Assembly: GCA_000934665.2 (NCBI GenBank)
Contig: JYFJ02002479.1
Span: 1-56,187 of the forward strand
Source: Catajapyx aquilonaris
Lineage: Eukaryota
Length of the DNA stretch: 56,187 nt
Direction of reading: 5' to 3'
A program made the translations under genes and the position numbers. Of this stretch, positions 1-14,200 are shown piece by piece; position 1 is the first letter of the stretch, and every line of letters begins with the position of its first letter. Under the pieces are notes generated by a model. It did not search any database. It saw nothing but the letters and a program-made list of their open reading frames with translations, and was not told the DNA's origin.

Positions 1-3000
1 AACCCGCGCTTACAATAACATGTGGAATAACAACTTGTTACAATCTAGTTTACAGTTGATTCTCATCACACCAAAATGTAACCGCGTATGGCAATGGTCA
101 CGTGAAAAATTAATCATTTTCTTTACCTTCCATAGTTTTAATAGGTTACAAGATTGAGACGCCACAGCAACTAGCAACAACAGCACCTTTTCAAAGTACA
201 GTAAAACCTAGCGTGCAATTCCCACATTGCTTTGAAAGACAGGTGATTCCCATCAAGCAGCTTCATCTATATGTGCCAGACCTATACGAAAAACAGGCAC
301 GAATCAATTTAGATTGCAACACGACACTGCTATTCTCCATATACATTCGTTTCCGTTCATATTCGAAACGGTCTAACTGAACCGTTAATTTCCGTTTCAA
401 CGTTAATTAGTCTTCATTTTGACATTAGGACGGTCCATTTGTGCCCCAAATATTAAACCAGCCAGACCATATTTGATGACGTCACCAAATCCCTGCAAGT
501 AAGTCTAATGGATGAGAAAATTCCCATGAGGATACTAACTAGAAACAATCCCATTATTATAGCCCCCGGATAGTCTTCGAAACAAAATCGCATTTTCAGC
601 CCACTTTCAGGCATTAATCCTGTAAATAGTAGTACACCGCTGTGCAACAATTAGGTGACCTTATCTGGGTGAAAGTGACACAGTGAGGTGCCTCCTATCT
701 GGAAATGAGGTGTCGTGGGAATAAACTTTGTGGGGAGTTGCTATCAAGGCACAAGATGTATCAGAATAGTCTGGTTATCAAATCGATTCTGAAGAGGAGT
801 TCTCTGGAGTCTGTGGGGGAAGGCGGAGGGAGGGGAGTTCCATTGCCTCCCCAACTCTTCTCCGTGTAACCATTTCAAAAGCGCGACTATCTTTCTCACT
901 TGAGCGAATAAGGTGCTACTTTCATTTCCAGAAGTGCACAATGGCTTGAATTGCTGGGGCAAGATGTGCGAGCTGCCATTGTTAGAAAAAGCCTGCAGAA
1001 GGTGTGTGTAGACAGCATTTTCTTATTCTGGGGGACTGTGAAGTTTCATTAAATCAGGCTATTTTATGTTGCTGTTTCTGTAGAATCAATAGGAGACACC
1101 TCTAGCTTCCATCAGAAATATTTTGACGATATTGTCAAAATTAGGTGCACATACAGTATGACAGTATACATGACCCTTCTATTTTCCCCCTCACTTTTTA
1201 AAGCGACTGTACAGTTCATAAGAGCAAATCACAAAATCGTGTCATAAAAAGCCCTACAGTAATGATCAATCTCTTAAGAGCTGTTCTGACAGAGAGGGGA
1301 AATATAACGTCAAAAATTACATTCAATTTCAGGACCCACTTTGGGGGAGAGCTGCCACTAAAATCGCTGCCAGAAGTACTGATCTATCGTTTCACGATTA
1401 CTTGAAACTCGTAGGAAACTGTACACTTGTAATAACATTTGAGTCGTTCACCCCAATATGAAATGGATGTCAGTACAAAGCTAATGTACTCATATCCAGC
1501 AACTGATGATGTCAGTCATATGCTTCAGCAAAAATAGAGTTTGAAAAATTATATTTGGTCACAACTCTAACTCACACGTGGTTAACATCAATGCTGGTAA
1601 TATAGTCATCTAATAATAATTTATAATTAGACCCATATTTACTAGGTGGTGATAGGATGTGCGGTAGAAAAACTCAATCCCAGTCAATTTCCGGCGTATG
1701 GGGGGTAAACTGGTGGAAATCACACGGAGTTTTAATTTACTAGTACGCGCCAATAAAAAACCGTGTGATAATTAAAACTGTCATGCAATGTAATATTGTT
1801 GCTCAATTACGTTAAAAAAATTCAATCAGCTGTTTCTTTTTAAGCAAAAACTAGGGTAGGCGATAATTAAATCTGCTTGAATCTACTGTACTGCACATAT
1901 TCAATGGAAATGGCAACGTCGCGAATTTTTAAACGCTGTTGTCACATTAACTCACAAAAATTACGAGCATGAGGAGAGCAATAAACTGCAATCATGCACC
2001 CAAAAACATTTAAACTGTAAACATATTTTCCTAGAAATGGTTCAATTACCAATCAAATTTTCATGCCAATCGCCATGTTTTTTACCCAATCACGCTATTA
2101 TTTCCGCACCAAATGCCACCAAAACCCTATTCTGATCCCTCAATTAGTTGGGTCGTAACAAACCCTAATATTACATGTCCTCACAGATATAACAAGCTCC
2201 TTGAACTAACTAAAGGATAGCAGGAAGCACTCACATGTTGATTAACAATCTGTACTTCTGCAACTGGGTTCCGTTTCTGACATCATTAATCCGCCTACTG
2301 AACAATATGTCGCCTCTTTTGACGTCAAATTCAATGCCAAGAAGTACTATTGTCCTATTTCTTGGCAAGGACTAGCGCACCTGCAAGAAATCAAGAACAA
2401 TGCTTTTCTGACACACCCGTTAATTTACAGGACCATCTTAGTGCGGTTTACAACTTGGGATCATCCAGCCCTATTGTTGTGATTTTACATGGAGGCGATT
2501 ATGCAGTGAGGTCTACCCAAGTTTTGCGTCGTACATCTCGACGCGGATTGACGCCATAGTCGTTCAGTGACGTTATGGTGCTAATCACGGTGCGCGCATT
2601 AACAATTTAATCATGACGTTAGTGATGTTAAATGGGCCTGTGGGGGTCATAAGGCGTGTTATGATGACAGTTATTTCGGAAGTAGCGTGTAGCTGAAAAG
2701 GGAAATTAACCGCGGGCTAGGAAGGTGGTGCGTTTAGTTAATTAAATATAGTTATCTACAAGCACGTGGTAGTTTAGAGGAAAGAAAGTTTCGTGGAAGT
2801 TGTATGCATAGAGATGGAGATTGTTCAGTCTAACTTGCTGCATGTCAACTTCACGTATCCAGCATACCAGCAGGTAAACGTAAGGTTAATTTAGGACAAG
2901 TAGTTGGTCAACTAACGATCACGTACCAGGTCCTTAGTAAATGCAGTACCTGCTTAATTATTGGCTGTCACATTAACGAGCAACTGAAAATTTCGAAAAC

Positions 3001-3157
3001 AATATTGGACAAAAAATTAGTAGTGTCACAGCCTGGTGAAAAAAGTAATATCAACTAATGAACCGCATTGTAGGTAAACATACTAACGAAGCCAGCTGGC
3101 CATATGCAGAGATAGCAGCCATCATGCCCAGGGTCACACTGCCAGAACATCCCAAAC

Positions 3158-3228
3158 CCATTACGATTTTTGGGCATTTTTACAAATCCATTTGTAAAAA
3201 CTTACAAAATGCCCAAAAATCGTAATGG
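3158..3228. repeat. Nested inverted repeat
   Basis: Perfect 23-bp arms at 3158-3180 and 3206-3228, with an inner 11-bp hairpin tttttacaaat-cc-atttgtaaaaa (3177-3200). Confidence 0.85.
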
Positions 3229-6200
3229 ACAAGCAACCAACATTTTGACCCTATTTAAGGCTCAATCTGCCAACCTGACCGCTAACTACCTTTGGGGACT
3301 TGGCAAATCCCAAATTTATTCCGCGCGGTTTAGCGATTAGTGGTCCCTTTTGGAGGAGTGCAATTGGTGGTCCTCATGGGAATACTTCTAATCATATTAG
3401 ATGAACAAAGTGTGGAGCAAGACACTAAAGTACTTCACGGCCAAAGGGGCGAATAAACTCCAACAAGTACATGTGATTACAAATAGGAGGGAATTCAAAT
3501 TTTAATTTTTTTAAAAATTAAGTCACGTTGGACATGCAACGGTGGTACGTCACAGACGGGCAAAATAGTTTAATTATTCCTTTAAGATCCACCTAGGAGG
3601 AAAACTGCAGAATTATCTATTTATAAGCCCCCCCCCCCCCAACTTTCAATCAGAAAATGCCAAGAAATGCAGGTTTACGTCATTGGCTCAAAAAAAGAAC
3701 TCCGACGTAAAAAGCACGTTTTAAAATGACGCTAACGAGAAGCCGTGACGGAACGCCTTGTCTCCCGTTCTCCTTTTAATCCAATACGGGATTTGAGATT
3801 ACCGTCAAGACCGCCTGCGGGTAAAATTCAGTTACCTTTAAATCCGAATTAGGATTGGTGCCAAGTGCGTCATACCCACTCATCACCATATGTCACTTTT
3901 TTACCGAACAAGTCCCAAGTGAATTTTCAACGATTTTGAAAAATGGCGACCCTGCCAGACCTGGTTTGTAAGTCATCAATCCTGGCTTTTGAACTAGGGA
4001 TATGTACCTCCAATGGGTCAGGAACCTACCAAAGTGGTAATGTACCAAAATGGGTTTCAACAACCCTTAGAAAAAGCCCCCCCGATCCATTTTTAAGCAC
4101 AATGACGCAGAGTGTTTCTCAAGTCATGGCAAAGAGGTAGGCGGGTCTGACTTAAAGAAAGGTGGAGACTATTGAAAGGCATTTCAGGAAATGAGGAAAG
4201 CCCTAGGACGCCGTTCGACGTTTGACGCAAGGGAAGTGAATCTTCCGGTGACGCCATCTCCAATTCGACGCACACTTTGGTACATATAAGAGGACAAAAA
4301 TACGTACCAGCTGCACCGAAATTCGCAACACACTGATTAGCTATAGCCTGTGATACGAGTGATCATGCTCTTATAGTAGTTATCGTGTGCCCTTATCAGT
4401 TCCGTGGGGTTTCCGATTTGGCTCTGGTGTCGCTCCACAGTTCCTAAGCATCCGGAGCACGTAACCGGATAGAGGTCTCCATAAGGATGGAGTAGGAGTG
4501 TCGGAGTGTCTGTGAGTGATTAACGGTGTTGATACACAGATAGCGTCGGGGTGGAGATTTCAAATATACCTGATGTCCACTTCAAACGACTGATACTCCT
4601 CTGTGTCTAAGCCCGAATTGATTGCTGAATTCTGTTCCGGTGATAAAAACTAATGGGGAAAGCTAATAGCATATGGCATAGTTTCGACACTATAAATCAT
4701 CGCCGACATACGATGGTGCAACTTATGGTGCTGCAAGATATGTGAAACTCTGGAACAAAATCGATGATAATTTGATTTCCTAACAAAACCCGATAGTGTT
4801 CTTAGCCAGAAGAAGAAAAAAATAGGATGAGTTGAACAGGTAGGGTAAGGGTTTCTGGACTTGTAGTGGCGAGTCCCACAGGATTTTCGTGTTGATTCGA
4901 GCACCCCACATCAAAGGAGGAAACGTTTGTTGGTTAGGTGGGATTGAGGGCAAGTTCGAAGTACCATCCATGTTTGCAGAAGATGGCCAATTGATTCGGT
5001 TAAGAAAGTAACATGCTTTCAAAGACGATTATGGCGCAAAATGGGACTGACATCGATCGGATTCTGACTCTGGCTGGCTGAAAATCTGGAATTTTCGTCA
5101 TATTTAAAGCGGTAATGCAAAGCCCATATATTACAAGAGATCCGACTGATATACCCACAGTAGGATGTTCAACCTAGGGTTATCTTACAAGGCTGACAGA
5201 AAAATGGGCAACACAAGTGTCAGCTGTTGGAACAGCAGGTACATTCATTGTCCAAGCTAAAGGTTAAAGCCCACCCACAACCTACCCAGATCAATATGCC
5301 TATTTTAAAAGAAAATGACATGCTCGGAATAGACATCCACATGTTTTCGATATTTTTTCCCCCTATATCATAACCTACAACATTTTGAATGCGGTTTCAA
5401 ATATTCGACGTTGCGTATCTTGCATTTTAAACGAAAATTTCCGACGCTTACCTGGATTTTGAAGGAGCTGCACAGACTTCCCCTTTTGTTATGAGGTCTT
5501 GTACTTTCCTGAAACGCTCGGGGATTACCCCTTACTGGCTCTTAATTACGACCCGGGGGAGGTCTTAAGAGGCGCCAAGACGACGCTGGGATTATGCCTA
5601 TTACACGCACATTATGTGGTGAAAGGAAGTCATTCACATCCTATTGCTATTGTAATGCCAGACCTAAATGCTCGAATCTGCCCCAAAGTGCAATGTACCT
5701 TATCAGATTCACTTTTCGTACTAAAGTTTACGGAAACCATTTTGTAGGGTGACATCACGTGTCATCTATCCAAGATGGCTTCCTCCTCTGACAATTAAGC
5801 AGTGTGCTGTTAAAATTTTAATTGTTTCACTCACGGCTTGCCTTGAGGTGTCAACTTACCTGTGACAATGATGTCAGGTCGTTCCCAGCTCATAATGATT
5901 CGTCTCAAAAGGCAGCGGAGCTCCAGACTGGGCTTCACCTGAAAGGAGAGTATCAATATTACAGCGGAAGCATGCCCCCTTGTGGTATGTGCGATCCATT
6001 GACAGGCAGACATGCGAACTCTTGACATGCTGATGCATTTGAACGATACCTATTTCATACACCGGCAAAACCAACTCGTTACGTTAGGCCTACTTCTCTG
6101 AATTGCCTAGGGCTGATGGGCATGTCAAGATGAAATCCTGGACTAATATACGCCTACAAGATGCATTGTTAGTTCTGGCAAACCCAGTCAATTTAGCACA

Positions 6201-8244
6201 ACAGCTACTTCGTGTAAATTTTAATTTTAAGAAAAATATAAGATGATGCGACACCTTGTACTATTTGTGAGGGCAAGATTGTCAAGGTGCTCCACACTAA
6301 ACTCATCACATGGGTAACGAGGCAAATGCGCAGATTAATTACGAATTCTGTCCGGGCAAAAACGTCGCTAGGATTCATATGAATTCAGATGAGGCACTGG
6401 TGTAGATTATTAATTAATCCTGGTTACACTGCTGGGATTCTGGAGACCCCCAACTCGGCATTTATATACGGCAACAAAAGTGGTTGTAAGAAATGAGGAA
6501 GTAATATTATAGCCAGTCCTATATAGTAATGAGTTTCGTCATTTAAAAGGGGGGGCCTTGTTTCCATAATGCAAAGGTCACTAAAGTTTATCATTTGGTG
6601 TGGTACTGACACACTGATTTATGTACAACGGTGTGTAGCTTAGCAATCACACCCAGAGAGAAAGTAATCGTAGGTGGAGAGAGAGGGAGAAAGGGGGGAA
6701 AAGAGAATGTACATCGATCCCATAAAGTGTTATGCATATACACATGAGGCATGCCTGATTTTCCAACCCACTGAGCTTGTAGAGAACACCCCCCGCAGGA
6801 ACTAGTTATCTGGTTAATGCACTTCAAGTAATGCACTGTCCTTCCAGAGTACATAAGTGCAGGAGTATTCTCTTCGTGTTATATTTCATGGGCAGGCCAT
6901 AACATCTAGACACCATCTGATCTTATCTGCAAGTGACACATACTGCTATCATTTGTTACATGATGTTGCATGACTGTGTAGGAAGAATTTTTGTTACCTG
7001 AAGCTCCTTGTCTGCATGAAGAAAACCCCTCATTTGCATAACTAAAGGACAGCAAATCGTTCAAACGGAGCCGATGAGCATGTCATAAAACTCTTGTGTA
7101 GGGACTAATGAGCTCGACAATGAAACACCCACATTCAATCGATGTGGAACATAATACTGCATAGCTAAAGTATGCATCAAGCAAGACAGATAATGTTGCT
7201 TCCGTCATAGCGTATACAGTGACATCAATACAACGGTCGTATATTGTGGCAATGTCGCATAAATACTGCCTTCAGTGATTATATTCATCTTTGCACATTA
7301 GTTGGGGAACAACTTGCTGACATGTGATGTTGACAAAATTCCAAATGCATTCACAAAAAATTAAAAAAGAGATATGTCTTACTCTTTGTCACATATACTG
7401 AAAATATCTCGTATTATTTCTCTTCAAATGCTTAACAATTACGTCTCCATCCCAGCTTTAACTGCAGGACAAGAGCGCGGGAAAAGGCAAGCCATAATAC
7501 AAGTCATATAATTCTGCTGTATACACCCATGTCACTTTTTGGGTAACTGGAGCTCTCGACTTGCTCTGATGTGAGTGCAAATAATCCGGAATTAGTATCC
7601 CACAGTACACAGCAAGCTGTAAACTCATAAAAGCACTTTTATGTTCCTTCAAGCTGAACTGAAAAAGAGGAGCAGGTTTCCCATTCTACCTGCAGGTGGC
7701 AGAACAGATGGGAGAGCTTCTGGATCCTAGTGCCTCCGTAAGGCTAATATGGGAAGTATGGTCCAAATCCAATGAAAGCGCAAAAACTTCAATAGACACT
7801 ACACTACACCTGTGGTCAGCATAACGAACCAGCAGCGCACGTGGATTACTAATGCAATGAACTACAAAAGCACTATAACGCCTAGCATTTGAGCAGAGAA
7901 AAGCAAGGAAACTAGGAGCACCCTAATATAACTGGCCATATGCACAAGGCAATTTCTGGCCACAACTGCCTCTGTTTATATAGACTGTCTCTAACAGTTA
8001 ACTTGCGGCAAGCTGTTTGTGCACTTCCAGGAAGTAGAGTCTAACAACAGGGAATTCAGGGAAAAGGGCCTAATAATGTGGATAACAACATCAAAACCAG
8101 TAATTCCGCGCGGTGTGAGGTGCTCCTGCCACGCGGCCCTTTGGGGACCATATAAATGATAATGCACTGTACATGGCACAACTGTATACATTATCATATT
8201 TACATGAAACAAGAACAAAAGTATTGAGTTGAAATCATAGTTCT

Positions 8245-11200
8245 TCAGTCAGCTCCCATTTTCCGGAAAGTCAGATTGATTCGGACACCAGGACAGTTGG
8301 CCCGACGAGGTAGTTCATGATACCAGTAATTATTCGTGGGGTTGTTCATCATCAGGAGACTCCCATGCTCCAGATTTATTTTTACTGAAATAATAGAATC
8401 GTTACTCATAATCGAACCCTAACGAGCTACACACTACATCAGGATTGCATATACTCAAGGATACCATAGCGTGTGGCACAAACCTGGAGCAATATCCCTA
8501 GTTTTCTTCTTGCCATACGAATCCTGGTGACGAAGCACAAAATCTCTGTGTTGTCCCAGAGAAACGGAGGCTATGGGAGCTGCAAGGTCCAAGTCCTTCT
8601 CATTATCCTTGTGAAGACCAATCCGGTCATTTCCATCCTTGTACCTGAAAAGGTTCCCCAAGCGAAAAGGTGATAAAAAGACAACTAGCTACTTCCATAC
8701 CATCCTATAAAAACTGCTCATAAAATATCTACTTTGCATAACTAATGCATATCATTGTGTAAGAGGGTGCAAAGTATGCCGTAATAATACTCTTGCACTC
8801 GTCGCCTTTGTCTTAAAACGAAGGCACTGAAATGAATGTGGGACATAAGTGAAGCAAGCATTCTAAAACTAGGCTGCTTTCATCGCATCCATCACGCTTT
8901 TGTGTACTGATTCAAACGCGATTGCATGAACGACTCGATACAATAATCCGTTATTAACCTCATTTGCCAGGATTTTATAACTGCAGTATAATTTATTGCC
9001 ACGCTATATTATGCAAAGAGTCTCAGAAAATTACGGATCAGATTGTTATTTCGGTTACAAGAGGCAGATGTCGCGCACTTAGATCGAATATTAATGTAGC
9101 AATTTCTCATATTTGAATTCTACAGTTATGAAATCACATCTGCAATATAACCTTATAGTAGGCCTACTTTTCTAATTTGAACGATAGCACGATAGCATTA
9201 TACGGTAATGATTTCGACCAAGTTCTACATCCAGCCTGCAGATGGCAGACTGCGAAACACAGCTGGAATATGCGACCTCTGTCAGGGCAAATTGAAAAGT
9301 CTGGTCCTGACTGTAATATGCATAACATGCGGCTCTTTTTCGCAAAAAAAAAAACAAAAAAAACTGTCCGAATGGGCAATGCACTCGCCACACCTTCCCA
9401 TTGCCAGTACCAACGAGCGACACATGAAGGTCGCCGCATCTCAACATTCCAGAAGTCATCCGGTGTCCAAATATGGCCAAGATGCAGCCTATCGACCATT
9501 AAAGCCCCCCTTTTTTATTAACAGGACTCGTAAATGGCAAACCCGTATTTTAAACATTCAAAAGTACACTAGCCATTTGAGACATGTCGGCTTTTAATTA
9601 TTAGTTAATTACAAAATGTAAAAACATGACACGCATTAAATACACGTCATACTATGAAATATTTGACAAATCATACGCACATATAAGCAAAAAACACTGA
9701 CGTGCTCTAACGTAATACTCGCCCATCACTGGATATGTGAATGAGCTAATTATAACGACATTAACTTGCTAGTGTAGGGAGTAGAAGCAATTATTTTTGT
9801 TCAAGCAGGTTTTAAAGGCCTAAAATAATTCGCAGACCTGCAAGCGTGGGAGAACAGGGCATCAATGGGACATGAGCTATGACTGGTTTTGTAATGGCAA
9901 ACAATAATTTAAGGTCATAGTTGGTAGACCCGATAGGGACATTGTATCTTGTCTGTAAGGATATGTCAAGTAATAATAAATACAGTACAGGTGGAGAATA
10001 CATTTCCCGAAGAATAAAAGTCGAGAGACGTATGGAGTATCAACGTATTGTTTCTAAGAAGCTGTTTAGAGGCGCTAAAGTCAGAGAATCCAAAATAATG
10101 GGTATGAAACGGGTTTTTAACGTGCATAAACGCATATAAAACGGGCAATAAACTCGCGATTTACTCCATGTGCTTCCCGGACCTTAAGCCCTCTGCTGAT
10201 CCCCACCTATAATTAATCCAGTGGCTCCAACCTGGCCTGCAAAAGTGGCGTTACCAACAGAACCATTCAGTGTTACATATGTCCATCCCCGATCAGATCG
10301 TGATGAAGTCTCCTCGTATCAGCATGGTCAGTGACCGAAGCCAATGAGGAAGGCTAGCTAGCATATATGTTTCGGCGCGATAAGAGATGTAGCCCAGAGC
10401 CGAACTGAAGGGGCAATCTGCACGACTGGCTTGATTGCCAATGGGGAAATGAACCCAGTGAAAGGCCATTGCTCCACCTGGTCCCGTCAGTGTCAAAGCC
10501 GACTTCTTCCTTGGCGGTCGCTGGAGAATGGCCTTGACCTGGACCTTCACTCTGCATATACTGGTTAGACAGGGGGACTGACCTGTTCACCAGTACAAAG
10601 TTAAAGTAGTGGCTGGTGAGGGTGTGGATGGCGTCTCTCAACTGCTTCAACTCCAGGGGCCACGGCAGGGCGTGGAGGCAGTTCCCGGAGAAGGTGTAGG
10701 TCATCCCGTCGTCTCCGTAGGCCACCTGCGATGCGACAACCACTTTCCTTGCACTTGCAGGAAAAACCAGCTTCCAATGGAGAGGAATGCAGATTTGGCA
10801 GCAATTCGCCAAAATACTCGATTCGTTACCTGAATTTTTAATGCTGGCTGGACAAGTACGAATTTTTGGCGAACCTGACAGTAATTTTGGCGAATTTGGC
10901 TCCCAAATGGTGGTACGCTCACCTGCTTCCTGGGTATTGGGTACCACTTCCCATGAACCTTGACTTTGGCTAAATCATCATCCAGGTAAGTCACAGTCTC
11001 CTCCAGATGCTGCAGCAAAGAAAAGGCCAAGGAACTGGGAAGTAATATGGTGTAGTCCAGGTCCAGGTTCTCAGATGTAACCTTCCTCCACCGCAATTCT
11101 CGACGGCTCAACTCCCTCATGTCCAGCCCCTGCTTCTGGATTGACCTTTGACCCACCACGTCCGCCGCTTGGGCTGAATCTGCACGAGATCTCTTGGGAG

Positions 11201-11249
11201 ATATCCCACCCTCTTCTTGTTCCTTCCACCTCCTTACATACCTATCCAT
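8245..11249 (-). CDS. ALKBH2: AlkB homolog 2, Fe(II)/2-oxoglutarate-dependent DNA oxidative demethylase. Coding exons 11249-10923, 10725-10583, 8644-8484, 8384-8245 (771 nt, 256 aa)
   Basis: All introns are GT-AG and phases 0/2/1 join in frame. The translation has GKWYPIPRKQ, YGDDGMTYTFSG, FNFVLVNRYKDG, the HxD iron ligands (HKD), IASVSLG, HGSLLMM, WYH and RINLTFR, collinear with human ALKBH2 as I recall it. The ATG lies 1 nt after a splice acceptor, so an upstream 5'UTR exon is implied. Confidence 0.95.
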
Positions 11250-14200
11250 CCTGCCAAAAAAGACAAGTTTATTAACCACAGTTCATGCAAGGCATGTACT
11301 CGAGTGAAACTGACAAGCCATACAGTATGAAAAATAGATAAAAAGTAGCAGTACCGCAGTTTGATATACCGTACAGGATAATAAGTTGTCAGTCAGTATT
11401 TAAATAAAAATGGAAGCGTGACTCGTAAAATGTAATGTGAGATATATCTTAGTTCCTTATGGCATCATAGGTGACATAGAGTAGCCTTGGGTGTCACTAA
11501 TATATCAAACATTTTGTGTGTATTCAGCCTGGTCATTTGGCGCCACCATCTTCCACCTTATTCCAACGACCTGCAAGTTTCTGGATCAAAAGTCACAGAT
11601 TCCAAAAGTTGCCCACAGATACCGTTCTTCTGAACCTGCTCCGAAGAATCGCAGAACGATGCGAATGAGAGCCAAGGGGGACGGTTGGCGCCTTCCGAGT
11701 AATCCTCTGTTCCTCAACCTCTTCATTACCCAACCCCCACCTGTCACTCCTCATCCTTAACGACGCCAATGACGACACAATCCGTCTAACTACACCAAAA
11801 ATCAGTACAGCTAATTTGCAGACTAATCTTGGCGAGACGGCTAGTAGGCGCCTAGTACTGTATTTCAAAGTATCGGAATGTGGATGGGTGGGGCTAGGGG
11901 TCAATGGGTATATTTATAGGTTGAACTCTGGACATGTTCCGTGTTCATCCACCACCTGAAGTCTCCACAACTTATTCACATTGTTGTAGGAAGAACCTTA
12001 TAAGCAATTGTCACTGATTAGCACAACCTGAAAATAGATCCAATGGGTCAAGGCTAGCCAATTTGCCTTTCCAATTATAGATCCCTGCCCCCACTTTGGG
12101 AGTCGCCACTAGAATTTTTGATGACCATCAAAGCCAGTCATGATGCCTGGTCCTGAGACTTTGCATGAAGGAATGCAGACGAGAGGAAAACATGGGCCAG
12201 GTTCACCCCCTATCCACTTGCTCACGCCCAGGGTTTAATTTAATTGCAAACCACCGAGGCAAGTCCATGGTCGATCAATAATTTCCTGGGCACTTTTTGA
12301 GTGCCCTCAGGTAAGAATCGGCCGAAGAAAAAGGCACGACCAACCTGAAAGGGTTAGCGGTTCTATCAATTCAAAAAAGCTGCTTTTTTGTACCCCCTTG
12401 TAGTTTTCAGCCAATTTCTTGACTTGCACGCCTGGGCAACTTTAGCCAAAATAGAGTGGAGCACCTGCAAATATTTTTCAAACGGGACGTCCCAAAGCCC
12501 CCTCGGGACACTCCTTACATAACGGAAGCGTGTTGATTCACACTTACATGGCAATAAAACCGCTGTCCTGTCCAAATATAATATTCAATAATTATTTTTT
12601 TAAAAAAAATTTCCTGTCCCACTGCTTTACCAGCTTTCATCTGCATCCTGGCGTGCATCAGCCTCAATCAGCATGGGAGAAGTCATGCCCAGCAGGTCGC
12701 TTAGTCCTTGGCTGACTCACTCTGTCAGCGGAACGAATCTCGTAACTCTGGATTCGTTCCCAAAATTCGCATCATAGAATGGTCCCTGACTCAGCATCGG
12801 ATGGGATGTGGATGGACCCAGCTCACCTTGGCTAACCGAGCAGCCACCTCACTGCATTCCTCCTAAGGTCTCTTGCAAAGACACATGGACCGCCTACGCA
12901 GCTCTCCGGACAACCACCTCTGGCATGACTATATGTAAAAAAAAAATTATAGGACAAAAAAGTGGCTATGTGATAACGGAAGAAGTGTAGTAGCAGGTTT
13001 TGTGCAAATGGCGACATCCCAGAAATAGCCAAGGTGGGCAGGGTTCATCTAACTCGGGTTGTAATTTATGTCGGTGCATCGGTTGACTGATGGACATGTC
13101 GGAATGGGCTCGGTTTTTATAGACATTTATCATTCAGTGTGCAAGTACAGGCTCCTTCCTGTGTTGCACATTCAGCAAGGGCATGTCTGACTAATGGTGA
13201 TTCCATCGAACTTTACCCCTGCACTTTTAAAAAACTACTGAACTATAAATTAAAAGGTGGAAATGTCACGAACACTGACATTCATGACCAACATGGATCA
13301 ACCACACAGATCATTCAAGACCAGAGGGTATTAACTAAATAAATAGTACAGATCATGCAACCCTTAGTGACCTCGCTATCTGGAAGCTAATTTAATGTTG
13401 ATATAGCACGTGGCAATGAACAATACAATTTATTTCAATGATGACCCCTATGGAACACTCTATTAGTAAGAAAATGGTCAAGGGTAGAATACACACCAAA
13501 AAAATTTAGGTGCCCTACTTTATAATGACTAATGTTTGGTATGCCCTTTGGTATAACTATAGCTTTACGTCACTGTTCAATACTTGATTCAGTTTAAAAT
13601 AGAGAGGCCGGAGGGACATCAACAGTTGACAAAAAACCTTCCAGAAGCAATTAGGTAACTTTACTGCTTGTCATCCCAAGGTACTAATGATTAATCACGC
13701 GCATGAAACCAGATCTGGCGCAAAAACCAGCCCCAGCATGCTATACAACAACGAGTCAGCCACCTCAAGCGACTCCAGTGCGACGCCACAAGAATTATAG
13801 CCTTTCTGGTGAGCGGAATCAAACAAACAAGGTCGTTAAATGACATTCTTTTTTCACATATTATGGAGTACATCGCGCCTGTAATCATCACACCGATTGC
13901 ATGACGCATATTCTGCACGTACTTTCCAGGCAAAAAACCCCCAAAAATTGTTGCCATATCAGGAATTCGCAAATTCTTCAAATTCGTCTCCGTATCATTC
14001 ACGTCAAACCTAAAGTTCGAAAACATGTATGACGTCCATATGCATTTTATGTTTGTTCTTAGATGGTATATAAACCAAGCTTCCTGAGCTATTCCAGCAA
14101 AGTGCCAGTCACAGCGCATGCGCCACCTTTGCCGACTCTCAAAAAGCAAGCGGGATAATTACACGAGGCAGACTAGACCTGGGATCAGTGTGGTGTCGGG

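Noticed and set aside
9164..9597. Four overlapping ORFs of 100-130 aa
   Set aside because: They lie in an ALKBH2 intron, cross a poly-A run, and show no protein-like features.
10354..11279. Overlapping ORFs of 197 and 192 aa read as a frameshifted or split alkB
   Set aside because: Fully explained by GT-AG introns; the spliced gene is intact.
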